DNA of 64,000 nucleotides from Lytechinus pictus (lineage: Eukaryota), in NCBI RefSeq assembly GCF_037042905.1, contig NC_087251.1, forward strand, positions 37,202,001-37,266,000, read 5' to 3'. The first letter of the stretch is position 1. The number at the start of each line of letters is the position of its first letter. The notes below the pieces were generated by a model. That model was not told the origin of the DNA. It worked only from the letters and a program-made list of their open reading frames with translations, and did not search any database. This document shows positions 39,815-49,650 of this stretch, piece after piece. The position numbers and the translations under genes are program-made.

Positions 39815-41369
39815 TGTAACGATCCTGCAACTAGGATCGTGACGTAAACAATCAGCCCTGCGCATGACCATTGTTTACTCATTATTCATAGCTGTTGCGA
39901 GAATTTATTCAACCGTGAGTATTATGTCTTTCGGTTATTATTAGAAATTACTTAAGATTTCATATTCCAAAATGATTAATGTATAGGTTTTAATATGAGA
40001 CCTCTATTTTTAATGAAGATATGTTAGGAGATAAGTTGTTTTGCAGAATTGGTGTAGATATAGATTGAATACCGGTAATTCATCACTGGCTGTGTTTATG
40101 TACGTACATGGTAATTTGCATAAGAGCGCAGCCGCGGCGTATTTGCATAAGTGCGGATGAGCGTTTGGAGTGCACACGTCCGATCGCAGCGCTGGCAGGT
40201 TTTGATAGATTTTTGACGAATTCATATCTTTTTAAGTACTGATATGAATGGTTCTGTATATATTTCATTGCAAAAAGATATATTCTTTTGGAAACGTATC
40301 GACTTATTGAATGTTTTGTAGTAATGAACGAGAAATTGAGAATAAACCGGCTTCAATAAAACACAGTTCGAGTTCTCTGTACATTATACGCTGCGCGTAG
40401 ACGTGTGTGTGCTATCCAAACTCGCTCGGCGCACCGTTTTCACCTACGTCCGCAACTTGTCCATATAAATAAGAGACGTTTAATCGCGGGGCTGGCACAA
40501 ACAACGGAAATCTGACTGCAGAAGACTTGCCACGGGGAAGACGTTGGAAAACTTGGAAAGGTAAACAGACGCAGGAAACAAGCCTATAGCCAAGGCCTAT
40601 AGACGCTGGAAACCTCGATATGAATTTAATTAAGTCCCTATATTAACCCATATGTATGAATATGAGAATTCCCCAATAGAGGTCCAAATTAATTAGAGTA
40701 TAGATCTTGCTATGATATAAATTTTCTTAATAATTATTTTGGGCGAGCGACCTGAAGTAAATAGTCCAGGAATCAATCTCTTCGTATATATCAACGCCGG
40801 AATTAACAGACGTGGAAACGAATGTCGAGACTGGGAAGCTGGAAATAGAATTTTTCTCTTAACAAGCTAGACGCCGGTTAGATTTGGAAAATTCTTATAC
40901 TTGGAGGCCCAAAATAAAAGTTTAATAATTATCCATTATATTTCTCTGATAACAAATACATCTTAGAGCTTATTTGTAAATATTAGACATTGTTTACCTG
41001 TAACAGTGGCGAGTCAAGTAAAGTACATGTATATATATTTATGCAATTTGAATAATAAAGTGCACCATTATTTTTCTTTTTGCCATTGAAACTAAAATCT
41101 GAGTCACAAACCCGTGTCTTTCTTTGCTGTGTACCCCCGTAGTCATATATTTTGACGAAACGACCCTTGATTGCAAATAATCTATAGCGAGCCGCTCTAG
41201 CATTTTCTTCCACTCTTATAATAATTCTCTTGGAAACTGCATGCTCGGAAGATATTGAGATAGACAAGAATGGAAATAGAGGAAAGCTCAGGTGATCCAC
41301 CAAAGACTGAACACCATCCTGACGTAGAGGTCGGAATGGAAGAAATAAGCGAGAGCGGCGGCCGCTACA
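39815..41369 (+). repeat. 5' LTR (1555 bp)
   Basis: TGTAACGATC..GGCCGCTACA, directly repeated at 48094-49650. Confidence 0.97.
40464..40470 (+). promoter_or_regulatory. Candidate LTR TATA box
   Basis: TATAAAT within a CpG-richer part of the LTR, ~90 nt upstream of a splice-donor consensus. Confidence 0.4.
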
Positions 41370-42712
41370 AAATTGGTGTCAGAAGTGGGATAAACATGGA
41401 GGGGGTACCGCACAGAGAGAGGGAAATAGATGAACTAAGTTGTTCCTCTGAAGAAATAATGTCTAATGCAATAAGCTCAAAGATAGATAATAGAACAGAG
41501 AAAACACAGAGTCGCATTATGAAGCAATTATCAAACTTAATGGCCCAAATGATGAATCTGAGTAAGAAGACAAAAAGAAGAAGAAGACGTGCAGGTCCAG
41601 AATCTACCACAGAGGAAATGTCAGACTCCTTGGACGATAGTGAAGTGGAATTCGTTTTCAAACCAAATAGACGACCGGAAATCGTCCAAAAACTAGATAC
41701 CAAACACGAGGAAGGAAAATCAGATGTCGAGAAAATGCCGGAACTGGAAGAAACTAACAAACCACAGGCAAATAACAAATCTAGCTTCAAGGAGATGAAA
41801 GCTCAGGAAACTAACACCCGTCCACTGATCATGCCAGACAAGTATGATGGAAGTACGGACTGGGAAGATTACAGCTCGCATTTCGAATCTTGTCGTGGAA
41901 TCAACAACTGGAATGATGAAGAATCAGCTAAGTATCTTGCCACAAGCTTAAGAGGACCAGCCCTGAGACTTTTAGGAGAACAGAGGGGGACAAAGTGGAA
42001 CTTTGAAGAAATAAAGGATGTATTATCATTCAGGTTCTCTTCTGCAAAGCAAGCAGAAAGCTATTTGATGGAACTCAGGAATCGTAGGAGACGTCAGGGA
42101 GAATCACTCCAAGAATTAGGTCGTCACATTAGAGAACTAACTGCCAAAGCATACCCAAACTTCGACAGTCAGGGAATTGATAGGTTGGCTAGAATTCATT
42201 TTACGGATTCTATTCGCAGTAGTGAGATTCGCATGGGGATATTTCATGCTAAAGCAACTAGCCTAGATGAAATGATTCGAGCAGCAATCACAAGTGAAAC
42301 GTTTCTACAGACGGAAGCTGAGCGAAATGGGTGGAAGAAGCCTGCCTATAATAGAGGGATCGTCTCTGATGTTGATCTAGAAAAGATAATCAAAGATGAG
42401 GTTGCCAAAGCCATAGGACAAGCTATGGAAAACCGACCTGGGAATGAGAGAGTAGAGGAAGATGTCAGGAAGATTAGAACCAAACAGATACCAAACCAAC
42501 CAACGCGTGATGAGAAGATGAGATGCTTCTATTGTGATCAACCTGGCCACTTTGCGAGGGAATGTCGCAAGAAACAAAGAGATGTACAAAGACAAAACTT
42601 AAACCAAGTTGATTCGCCTTGGCCAAAACAAACAGGAGCTAATCGTTATCACCGGTCAAACGACCAGTGGTCGTCCCAACGGGTCATGGGTCGGCCAGAA
42701 GCCCAGAATTAG
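41270..42712 (+). CDS. gag: Gag (480 aa from the first ATG; alternative start at 41396)
   Basis: Capsid-like PDKYDGSTDWEDY..F segment, CCHC knuckle CFYCDQPGHFAREC, and basic cluster KKTKRRRRR. Confidence 0.93.
   Translation: MEIEESSGDPPKTEHHPDVEVGMEEISESGGRYKIGVRSGINMEGVPHREREIDELSCSSEEIMSNAISSKIDNRTEKTQSRIMKQLSNLMAQMMNLSKKTKRRRRRAGPESTTEEMSDSLDDSEVEFVFKPNRRPEIVQKLDTKHEEGKSDVEKMPELEETNKPQANNKSSFKEMKAQETNTRPLIMPDKYDGSTDWEDYSSHFESCRGINNWNDEESAKYLATSLRGPALRLLGEQRGTKWNFEEIKDVLSFRFSSAKQAESYLMELRNRRRRQGESLQELGRHIRELTAKAYPNFDSQGIDRLARIHFTDSIRSSEIRMGIFHAKATSLDEMIRAAITSETFLQTEAERNGWKKPAYNRGIVSDVDLEKIIKDEVAKAIGQAMENRPGNERVEEDVRKIRTKQIPNQPTRDEKMRCFYCDQPGHFARECRKKQRDVQRQNLNQVDSPWPKQTGANRYHRSNDQWSSQRVMGRPEAQN
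41374..41391 (+). promoter_or_regulatory. Primer-binding site complementary to tRNA-Leu 3' end
   Basis: TGGTGTCAGAAGTGGGAT, 4 nt after the 5' LTR, is the reverse complement of ATCCCACTTCTGACACCA, which I recall as the 3' end of metazoan tRNA-Leu(CAA). Confidence 0.88.
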
Positions 42713-45700
42713 ACAAGACCCACAGAAATCAGAAGACAAGTTTCGTACCAAGTATAAATCATAACATTGATGGTCTATATGTACCAATACATATTCAGGA
42801 TGAAGAATACAAGTTTTTAATTGATACTGGTGCGTCAGACTCTTACATTTCAAGACGAGTCTATGAACAATTAGATGAAAGGAAAAGGCCTCCACTGCAA
42901 AGTCGAGATGTCATTGCATTTTTAGCAGATGGTTCGCCATTAGCCATATATGGAGCAATAACTCATGAGATGACGATAGGCCCTAACAAAGGACTAATAA
43001 CTGTATTGGTAGCAGATGTTAGTAGTGATGGCATACTCGGTTTGGATAATCTCACTAAGATGGGAGCCAGCATTGATCTTAATAATTTCCAACTAACTAC
43101 AAAATGGGGAAAAGTCGAATGCAGTAATGAAACTGGCAAGAAGTTATTCTGTCGTATAGTTGCGTCAGAAACCACTACTATCCCAGCTGGTAACGAAGCT
43201 GTGATCCTTGGAACAACGAAAGAAAGAATAAAACCAAACACATTGGGCTTAATAGAGGCTGGAAACGCCCAACATCAACTTATGAAGAAAGGTATCATTA
43301 CTGCAAGGACATTAATCACAATGGGCGAGGATTTGGTGCCTGTTAGTGTTAGAGTATTTAACCCTTCTTCATCAAACAAAGTCATAATGAAGAATACACC
43401 TATCGCTACCATGACAGAAATAGATAGGAATGAGATTCAAGAAGTTCCCAAATACACCACTGTTAGTGATGGAAAGGTACAAGACCACTTAAGAGACCTA
43501 TTAAACAGAAGTACAGAAGGAGTGGCAACTGAGTATCACCACGAAATAGAAAAGTTGTTGATAGAATTTCAAGATATCTTTTCCAAGGGAGATGACGACA
43601 TTGGAAGAACAAATCTGGTTCAACACAAGATTGATACTGGAACTCAGAGACCTATCAGACAACGCCCACGCAAACACCCATTTGGACAAAGAGAAGAAAT
43701 CAAGAAGCAAGTAGATGATCTACTTGAAAAGGAACTTATCGAACCAACTGACAGCCCTTGGGCTTCAAACATTGTGCTCGTCAAGAAAAAGGATGGATCC
43801 CAGCGATTCTGCGTAGATTATCGACAGCTGAATGCTGCCACAATCAAAGACGCATATCCCTTACCTAGGATAGACGAAACTTTGGACGCTCTGTCAGGAG
43901 CAAAGTGGTTCTCAACCCTGGACTTGGCAAGTGGGTATTGGCAAGTAGCCTTAGATAAAGATGCAAAGGCAAAGTCCGCCTTCCTGGCTGACGGCGGACT
44001 CTACTCATGGAATGTGATGCCTTTTGGTCTTTGTAATGCCCCAGCAACATTCGAGAGGTTAATGGACAAAGTTCTAACTGGACTTCACTGGCAGACGTTA
44101 CTTGTATATTTGGATGACTTGATCATATTTGGAAAGTCCGTAGAAGAAGAACTCTGCCGACTACGAGAAGTATTTCACCGACTACGACAAGCCAACTTGA
44201 AGTTAAAACCGAAGAAATGCCATCTGTTCGAACGGAAAGTCGACTACTTAGGACATGTAGTCTCAGATGAAGGTGTTTCAACACAAAACGAGAAGATTGA
44301 TGCTGTGCGATCATGGCCTACACCTCGGAATGTGAAAGAAGTTCGAAGTTTCTTAGGACTTGCATCCTATTATAGACGATTTGTTGAGGGTTTGGCAACC
44401 ATTGCTAAACCGCTTCATCAATTGACAGAGAAGGGTCGTGCCGGACAGTTCATATGGAGCTCTGTCTGCCAGACCGCTTTTGATGAACTCAAGCAAAGAC
44501 TGATCTCAGCACCAATCTTAGCATATCCAAGTACCGAAGGAGAGTTCATACTGGATACTGATGCAAGCAAAGAGGGAATAGGTGGGGTGCTGTCACAAGT
44601 ACAAGACGGAAAGGAAAGAGTGACCGCTTATGGAAGCAAAGTTCTTAGCAAGGCGGAACGCAATTATTGTGTCACCCGTAGAGAACTTTTGGCGGTTGTT
44701 ACATACTTGAAGCATTTCAAGCAATATCTGTATGGTAGACATGTTAAAGTAAGGACAGACCATGGAGCTTTAAGATGGCTTACAAACTTTAAGCAACCAG
44801 AGGGACAGTTAGCCAGATGGCTAGAGGTTATATCCACTTATGACACAGAAATAATTCATAGAGCTGGAAGAAGTCATGGCAATGCTGATGCGCTTTCAAG
44901 GCGTCCATGTAGACAGTGTGGAAGAGAGAATGATTGCGGGATTGAGCATTCAGACACTAACTGCAGACGCACTTGTGTTATTCAGATGTCAGACGTAACA
45001 GGTAATAACAGAACTGAGATGAGGAAGGCTCAGCTTGAAGATACAGGTATTAAGCCGGTAATAGAAGCATTGGAACAAGTCAGGAAACCTACCAAGGAAC
45101 AGATGTCTTCTTTGTCTTTCAGAGCGAAGGTATTACTTGGGCACTGGGGGCAGCTTGAGATGGTAGATGGGGTACTTTATCGGAACTGGGAGTCGGGAGA
45201 TGGAAAAACTTCTAGACGGAGACTTGTGTTGCCCAAGCAAAGAGTACAAGAAGTACTGGAAGAAATTCATGGTGGCAAGTTGGGTGGACATTTAGGGTCC
45301 ATGAAAACTTTGAGAAGTGCCCAAATTCGCTATTACTGGGTGGGAATGAAGGCAGATGTGAGATCTTTCATTCGACAATGTTTGATGTGTGGGAAAAGGA
45401 AGTCCCATGGAAGAAAGAAAAGAGCGCCGTTACAACAGAGACGATCTGGTGGTCCGTTGGAGAGGATTGCACTTGATATAATGGGACCCTTACCAACTAC
45501 TGAAAATGAGAACAAGTACATATTAGTTGTGGCAGACTATTACACAAAATTTGTGGAAGCATACGCCATCCGCAATGAACAAGCACATACTGTGGCAAAT
45601 AAGCTAGTTGAGGAATTCATCTGTCGTTATGGGGTACCAAAGGAAATACATTCAGATCAAGGTCGCAATTTTGAGTCTAAGTTATTCAAGGAAGTCTGCC

Positions 45701-46464
45701 AAATTCTTGGTATTAAGAAGACTAGAACCACCGCTTATAACCCAAAGTCTGATGGGATGGTGGAAAGATTTAACAGGACCTTGCTAGGGATGATCGGAAC
45801 AATGATAGATCCTGACAAACATCAGAAAGATTGGGACAAATATGTTCCCTTTGCGACAGCCGCTTATAGAAGTGCGGTACATGAAACCACTCAAGAGACG
45901 CCAAATATGATGATGTTTGGGCGAGAGGTTACTCACCCAATGGACTTGTATGTTGATCGACATAAGGAAAATGAACTTGAAACTGACTACGCAGCCAATC
46001 TTCGAGACAGAATGGAGGAAATGTATTCTTCTGTGATGAAGGAAGGGGAAACTAACTTGAGAAGACAGAAAAGGAACTATGATGCAACTATGTTTGGGGA
46101 AACCTTTAACGTTGGGCAATATGTTTGGCTACGGAACGATGTAAGGAAGAAGGGAGTGAGCCCTAAACTCGCAAACAAATGGGAAGGTCCATTTCGTGTG
46201 ATGAGGAAGATGTCGGAGGTCACGTTTCGCATCCAGAAAAGTCCTAGATGTCGTGCAAAGGTGGTCCACTTCGACAGACTAAAGAAGTATGAAGGAAATG
46301 AACTATGTAACTGGAACCAGGTCACCGACCAGACTAATGATGATGAAACCACAGACCAGAGTACAGAACGAGACGAGGGAAATGACGAAGAACCAAATGG
46401 AAGTGAGGAAGGATCTGGTCGCTATCCAAGACGAAGTCGCCGCCCTCCTAATTATTTTTATTGA
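42643..46464 (+). CDS. pol: Pol polyprotein (protease, RT, RNase H, integrase), -1 frame relative to gag
   Basis: FLIDTGAS (PR), LVYLDDL (RT), ILDTDAS (RH), HHCC, ALDIMGP / HSDQG / GMVERFN (DDE) and WEGPF (GPY/F). Uninterrupted; the frame is open from 42643 and overlaps the gag 3' end. Confidence 0.97.
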   Translation, partial: SLSPVKRPVVVPTGHGSARSPELDKTHRNQKTSFVPSINHNIDGLYVPIHIQDEEYKFLIDTGASDSYISRRVYEQLDERKRPPLQSRDVIAFLADGSPLAIYGAITHEMTIGPNKGLITVLVADVSSDGILGLDNLTKMGASIDLNNFQLTTKWGKVECSNETGKKLFCRIVASETTTIPAGNEAVILGTTKERIKPNTLGLIEAGNAQHQLMKKGIITARTLITMGEDLVPVSVRVFNPSSSNKVIMKNTPIATMTEIDRNEIQEVPKYTTVSDGKVQDHLRDLLNRSTEGVATEYHHEIEKLLIEFQDIFSKGDDDIGRTNLVQHKIDTGTQRPIRQRPRKHPFGQREEIKKQVDDLLEKELIEPTDSPWASNIVLVKKKDGSQRFCVDYRQLNAATIKDAYPLPRIDETLDALSGAKWFSTLDLASGYWQVALDKDAKAKSAFLADGGLYSWNVMPFGLCNAPATFERLMDKVLTGLHWQTLLVYLDDLIIFGKSVEEELCRLREVFHRLRQANLKLKPKKCHLFERKVDYLGHVVSDEGVSTQNEKIDAVRSWPTPRNVKEVRSFLGLASYYRRFVEGLATIAKPLHQLTEKGRAGQFIWSSVCQTAFDELKQRLISAPILAYPSTEGEFILDTDASKEGIGGVLSQVQDGKERVTAYGSKVLSKAERNYCVTRRELLAVVTYLKHFKQYLYGRHVKVRTDHGALRWLTNFKQPEGQLARWLEVISTYDTEIIHRAGRSHGNADALSRRPCRQCGRENDCGIEHSDTNCRRTCVIQMSDVTGNNRTEMRKAQLEDTGIKPVIEALEQVRKPTKEQMSSLSFRAKVLLGHWGQLEMVDGVLYRNWESGDGKTSRRRLVLPKQRVQEVLEEIHGGKLGGHLGSMKTLRSAQIRYYWVGMKADVRSFIRQCLMCGKRKSHGRKKRAPLQQRRSGGPLERIALDIMGPLPTTENENKYILVVADYYTKFVEAYAIRNEQAHTVANKLVEEFICRYGVPKEIHSDQGRNFESKLFKEVCQILGIKKTRTTAYNPKSDGMVERFNRTLLGMIGTMIDPDKHQKDWDKYVPFATAAYRSAVHETTQETPNMMMFGREVTHPMDLYVDRHKENELETDYAANLRDRMEEMYSSVMKEGETNLRRQKRNYDATMFGETFNVGQYVWLRNDVRKKGVSPKLANKWEGPFRVMRKMSEVTFRIQKSPRCRAKVVHFDRLKKYEGNELCNWNQVTDQTNDDETTDQSTERDEGNDEEPNGSEEGSGRYPRRSRRPPNYFY

Positions 46465-46590
46465 TTGTAGAAGTTTTCTGTTCAAAGTCCAATCAACCAA
46501 GATATTAAAAAAAAAAAAAAATAGATAAATAATAATAATACCCGCACTATTGGAAGCGCTGATAATATGTTCTTTTCATTTCCTGCATAG

Positions 46591-47464
46591 ATGAACCGCC
46601 ACGTGAGACGCCTGGTAAACTTCCAACGCAGGCCATTGAGCTTCCGATGTCGTTACTGTGAATACCGAAGTACGATACAAGAGATGGTAAAGTTCCATGA
46701 AAAGGATATACATCGGCAGGACAGAGCTCCATTAACAAAGCCTATCCCTCCTCGCTACCATTCCTCATCGACTTCCAGAAGGTCTGATCGACGCAAGTCC
46801 CCAGTGAGAAAGATCGAGCTCACCCATACCGATCTCGAGATGCCAGCCATCATTTCTCCCCTTGCCTCGCCCTTGAGGACGGATAGAGCTGATGAGCCCG
46901 AATCAGTGTCGACTAAAGGACTAAAGCCAGTCTTGGCTGAGGAATCGGTCTCGGCTGAGGAATTGGGGCCAGTCTCGGCTGAGGGATCAGGAACAGTCTC
47001 GGATGAAGAGCCAGGACCAGTCTCGGATGAAGAGCCAGGAACAGTCTCGGATGAAGAGCCAGGAACAGTCTCGGATGAAGAGCCAGCTAGGAACAGTCCC
47101 GGATGAAGAGCCAGGAACAGTCTCGGATGAAGAGCCAGGACCAGTCTCGGATGAAGAGCCAGGAACAGTCTCGGATGAAGAGCCAGGACCAGTCTCGGAT
47201 GAAGAGCCGGGATCAGTCTCGATCTTGGAAGAAACCTGGGAGGAAATTCTCTCCAATAACCAATCGACACAGACTGAGGTGGATTACCTTTTCTCCGAGG
47301 CCCATACCATCCGATCGGCAGGTGGAGCCACGACGATGAGCCACTCTTGGGATAGAGCTGTAAACCACAACGTACGACACACCGTAGAGACTCTAGTTCT
47401 CCCAGATGGGACGAGATATACCCGCTTCTCATACGAAGAACTTGGACGTGGAACAGAGGAATGA
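46591..47464 (+). CDS. Retrotransposon ORF3: C2H2 zinc-finger / acidic-repeat protein, frameshifted by a 4-nt insertion at ~47087 (289 aa if repaired)
   Basis: N-part FRCRYCEYRSTIQEMVKFHEKDIH, then (SDEEPG[T/P]V)n continuing in another frame to a unique C-terminus. 874 nt minus 4 = 290 codons. A splice acceptor abuts the ATG. Confidence 0.75.
46931..47222 (+). repeat. 24-bp coding tandem repeat (~12 units)
   Basis: Unit TCGGATGAAGAGCCAGGA(A/C)CAGTC; one unit carries 4 extra nt. Confidence 0.95.
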
Positions 47465-48079
47465 TTTTATGTATATTCACGTTGTATATTATATATTTCT
47501 CTTGCATCTTTCATCTATTCCTAATGTTCTTTCTCTTTCTCCTTCTACTACTTTCCCACTCTCTTTCTCTTTACTCTATCCTTCTATTTCTGTATAAAAA
47601 TGAATTTGTAAATATGTTCACTTTTGTAACGCCACTGAGTAGAGTAATTAATAAACTTATAGTAGGAATTGGATACCAATGATTTCTTCCAAGTTCTAAA
47701 ATTAATTCAGAAAGATTCACCACTGAAATGAGTGGAGTGAAATTGGTTTTATTTGGCAGAGTCAGACGCTGCTTCTTGAACTATAAGTATAAGTGCTGAA
47801 AATTTAAAGTAATGTTTGATTGATCGGATGATGATGGTGATTGTATGGTGATGCCAATTTTAGTACAAAAGATTAATGAGAGAAGAGGTGAGCTATCAGA
47901 GTATTAAGAGTTAAGAAGCAATTGCTGACAATCTTCCAAATACCAACTTTTCTTTTGTTTGAATCTTTGTGACTATTTCTGTTGATAAATAAATATGACT
48001 GATGTAATGCTTAATATCTTACTTGGAAAAAGGACTTGGTTATCCATGTAGGTTTTGAAAATGCGAGGACGCATTTCGT

Positions 48080-48090
48080 AGAGAGGAGGG
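48080..48090 (+). promoter_or_regulatory. Polypurine tract
   Basis: AGAGAGGAGGG, 3 nt before the 3' LTR. Confidence 0.85.
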
Positions 48091-48093
48091 CTG

Positions 48094-49650
48094 TGTAACG
48101 ATCCTGCAACTAGGATCGTGACGTAAACAATCAGCCCTGCGCATGACCATTGTTTACTCATTATTCATAGCTGTTGCGAGAATTTATTCAACCGTGAGTA
48201 TTATGTCTTTCGGTTATTATTAGAAATTACTTAAGATTTCATATTCCAAAATGATTAATGTATAGGTTTTAATATGAGACCTCTATTTTTAATGAAGATA
48301 TGTTAGGAGATAAGTTGTTTTGCAGAATTGGTGTAGATATAGATTGAATACCGGTAATTCATCACTGGCTGTGTTTATGTACGTACATGGTAATTTGCAT
48401 AAGAGCGCAGCCGCGGCGTATTTGCATAAGTGCGGATGAGCGTTTGGAGTGCACACGTCCGATCGCAGCGCTGGCAGGTTTTGATAGATTTTTGACGAAT
48501 TCATATCTTTTTAAGTACTGATATGAATGGTTCTGTATATATTTCATTGCAAAAAGATATATTCTTTTGGAAACGTATCGACTTATTGAATGTTTTGTAG
48601 TAATGAACGAGAAATTGAGAATAAACCGGCTTCAATAAAACACAGTTCGAGTTCTCTGTACATTATACGCTGCGCGTAGACGTGTGTGTGCTATCCAAAC
48701 TCGCTCGGCGCACCGTTTTCACCTACGTCCGCAACTTGTCCATATAAATAAGAGACGTTTAATCGCGGGGCTGGCACAAACAACGGAAATCTGACTGCAG
48801 AAGACTTGCCACGGGGAAGACGTTGGAAAACTTGGAAAGGTAAACAGACGCAGGAAACAAGCCTATAGCCAAGGCCTATAGACGCTGGAAACCTCGATAT
48901 GAATTTAATTAAGTCCCTATATTAACCCATATGTATGAATATGAGAATTCCCCAATAGAGGTCCAAATTAATTAGAGTATAGATCTTGCTATGATATAAA
49001 TTTTCTTAATAATTATTTTGGGCGAGCGACCTGAAGTAAATAGTCCAGGAATCAATCTCTTCGTATATATCAACGCCGGAATTAACAGACGTGGAAACGA
49101 ATGTCGAGACTGGGAAGCTGGAAATAGAATTTTTCTCTTAACAAGCTAGACGCCGGTTAGATTTGGAAAATTCTTATACTTGGAGGCCCAAAATAAAAGT
49201 TTAATAATTATCCATTATATTTCTCTGATAACAAATACATCTTAGAGCTTATTTGTAAATATTAGACATTGTTTACCTGTAACAGTGGCGAGTCAAGTAA
49301 AGTACATGTATATATATTTATGCAATTTGAATAATAAAGTGCACCATTATTTTTCTTTTTGCCATTGAAACTAAAATCTGAGTCACAAACCCCTGTGTCT
49401 TTCTTTGCTGTGTACCCCCGTAGTCATATATTTTGACGAAACGACCCTTGATTGCAAATAATCTATAGCGAGCCGCTCTAGCATTTTCTTCCACTCTTAT
49501 AATAATTCTCTTGGAAACTGCATGCTCGGAAGATATTGAGATAGACAAGAATGGAAATAGAGGAAAGCTCAGGTGATCCACCAAAGACTGAACACCATCC
49601 TGACGTAGAGGTCGGAATGGAAGAAATAAGCGAGAGCGGCGGCCGCTACA
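48094..49650 (+). repeat. 3' LTR (1557 bp)
   Basis: Copy of the 5' LTR. The only difference I saw by eye is 2 extra nt at ~49393 (CAAACCCCTGTG vs CAAACCCGTG). Confidence 0.97.

Larger units (their letters stand above)
39815..49650 (+). mobile_element. Full-length Gypsy/Ty3 LTR retrotransposon (9836 bp) with a third ORF
   Basis: Two LTRs with TG..CA ends, 4-bp TSD ATAC (39811-39814, 49651-49654), PBS, PPT, gag, and pol in PR-RT-RH-IN order. Confidence 0.98.

Noticed and set aside
40010..41303. Antisense ORFs within the LTR (71, 61 and 106 aa), duplicated in the 3' LTR
   Set aside because: The duplication just reflects LTR identity. There are no motifs, and the 106-aa ORF is frameshifted by the 2-nt LTR indel.
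46755..47507. 250-aa antisense ORF over ORF3
   Set aside because: It is open mainly because of the stop-free 24-bp repeat. The sense frame has the zinc finger and splice acceptor.
39815..49650. Assignment to Gmr1-type Gypsy or to an env-bearing errantivirus/retrovirus
   Set aside because: Integrase follows RNase H (Gmr1 has IN before RT), and ORF3 lacks a signal peptide and transmembrane anchor.
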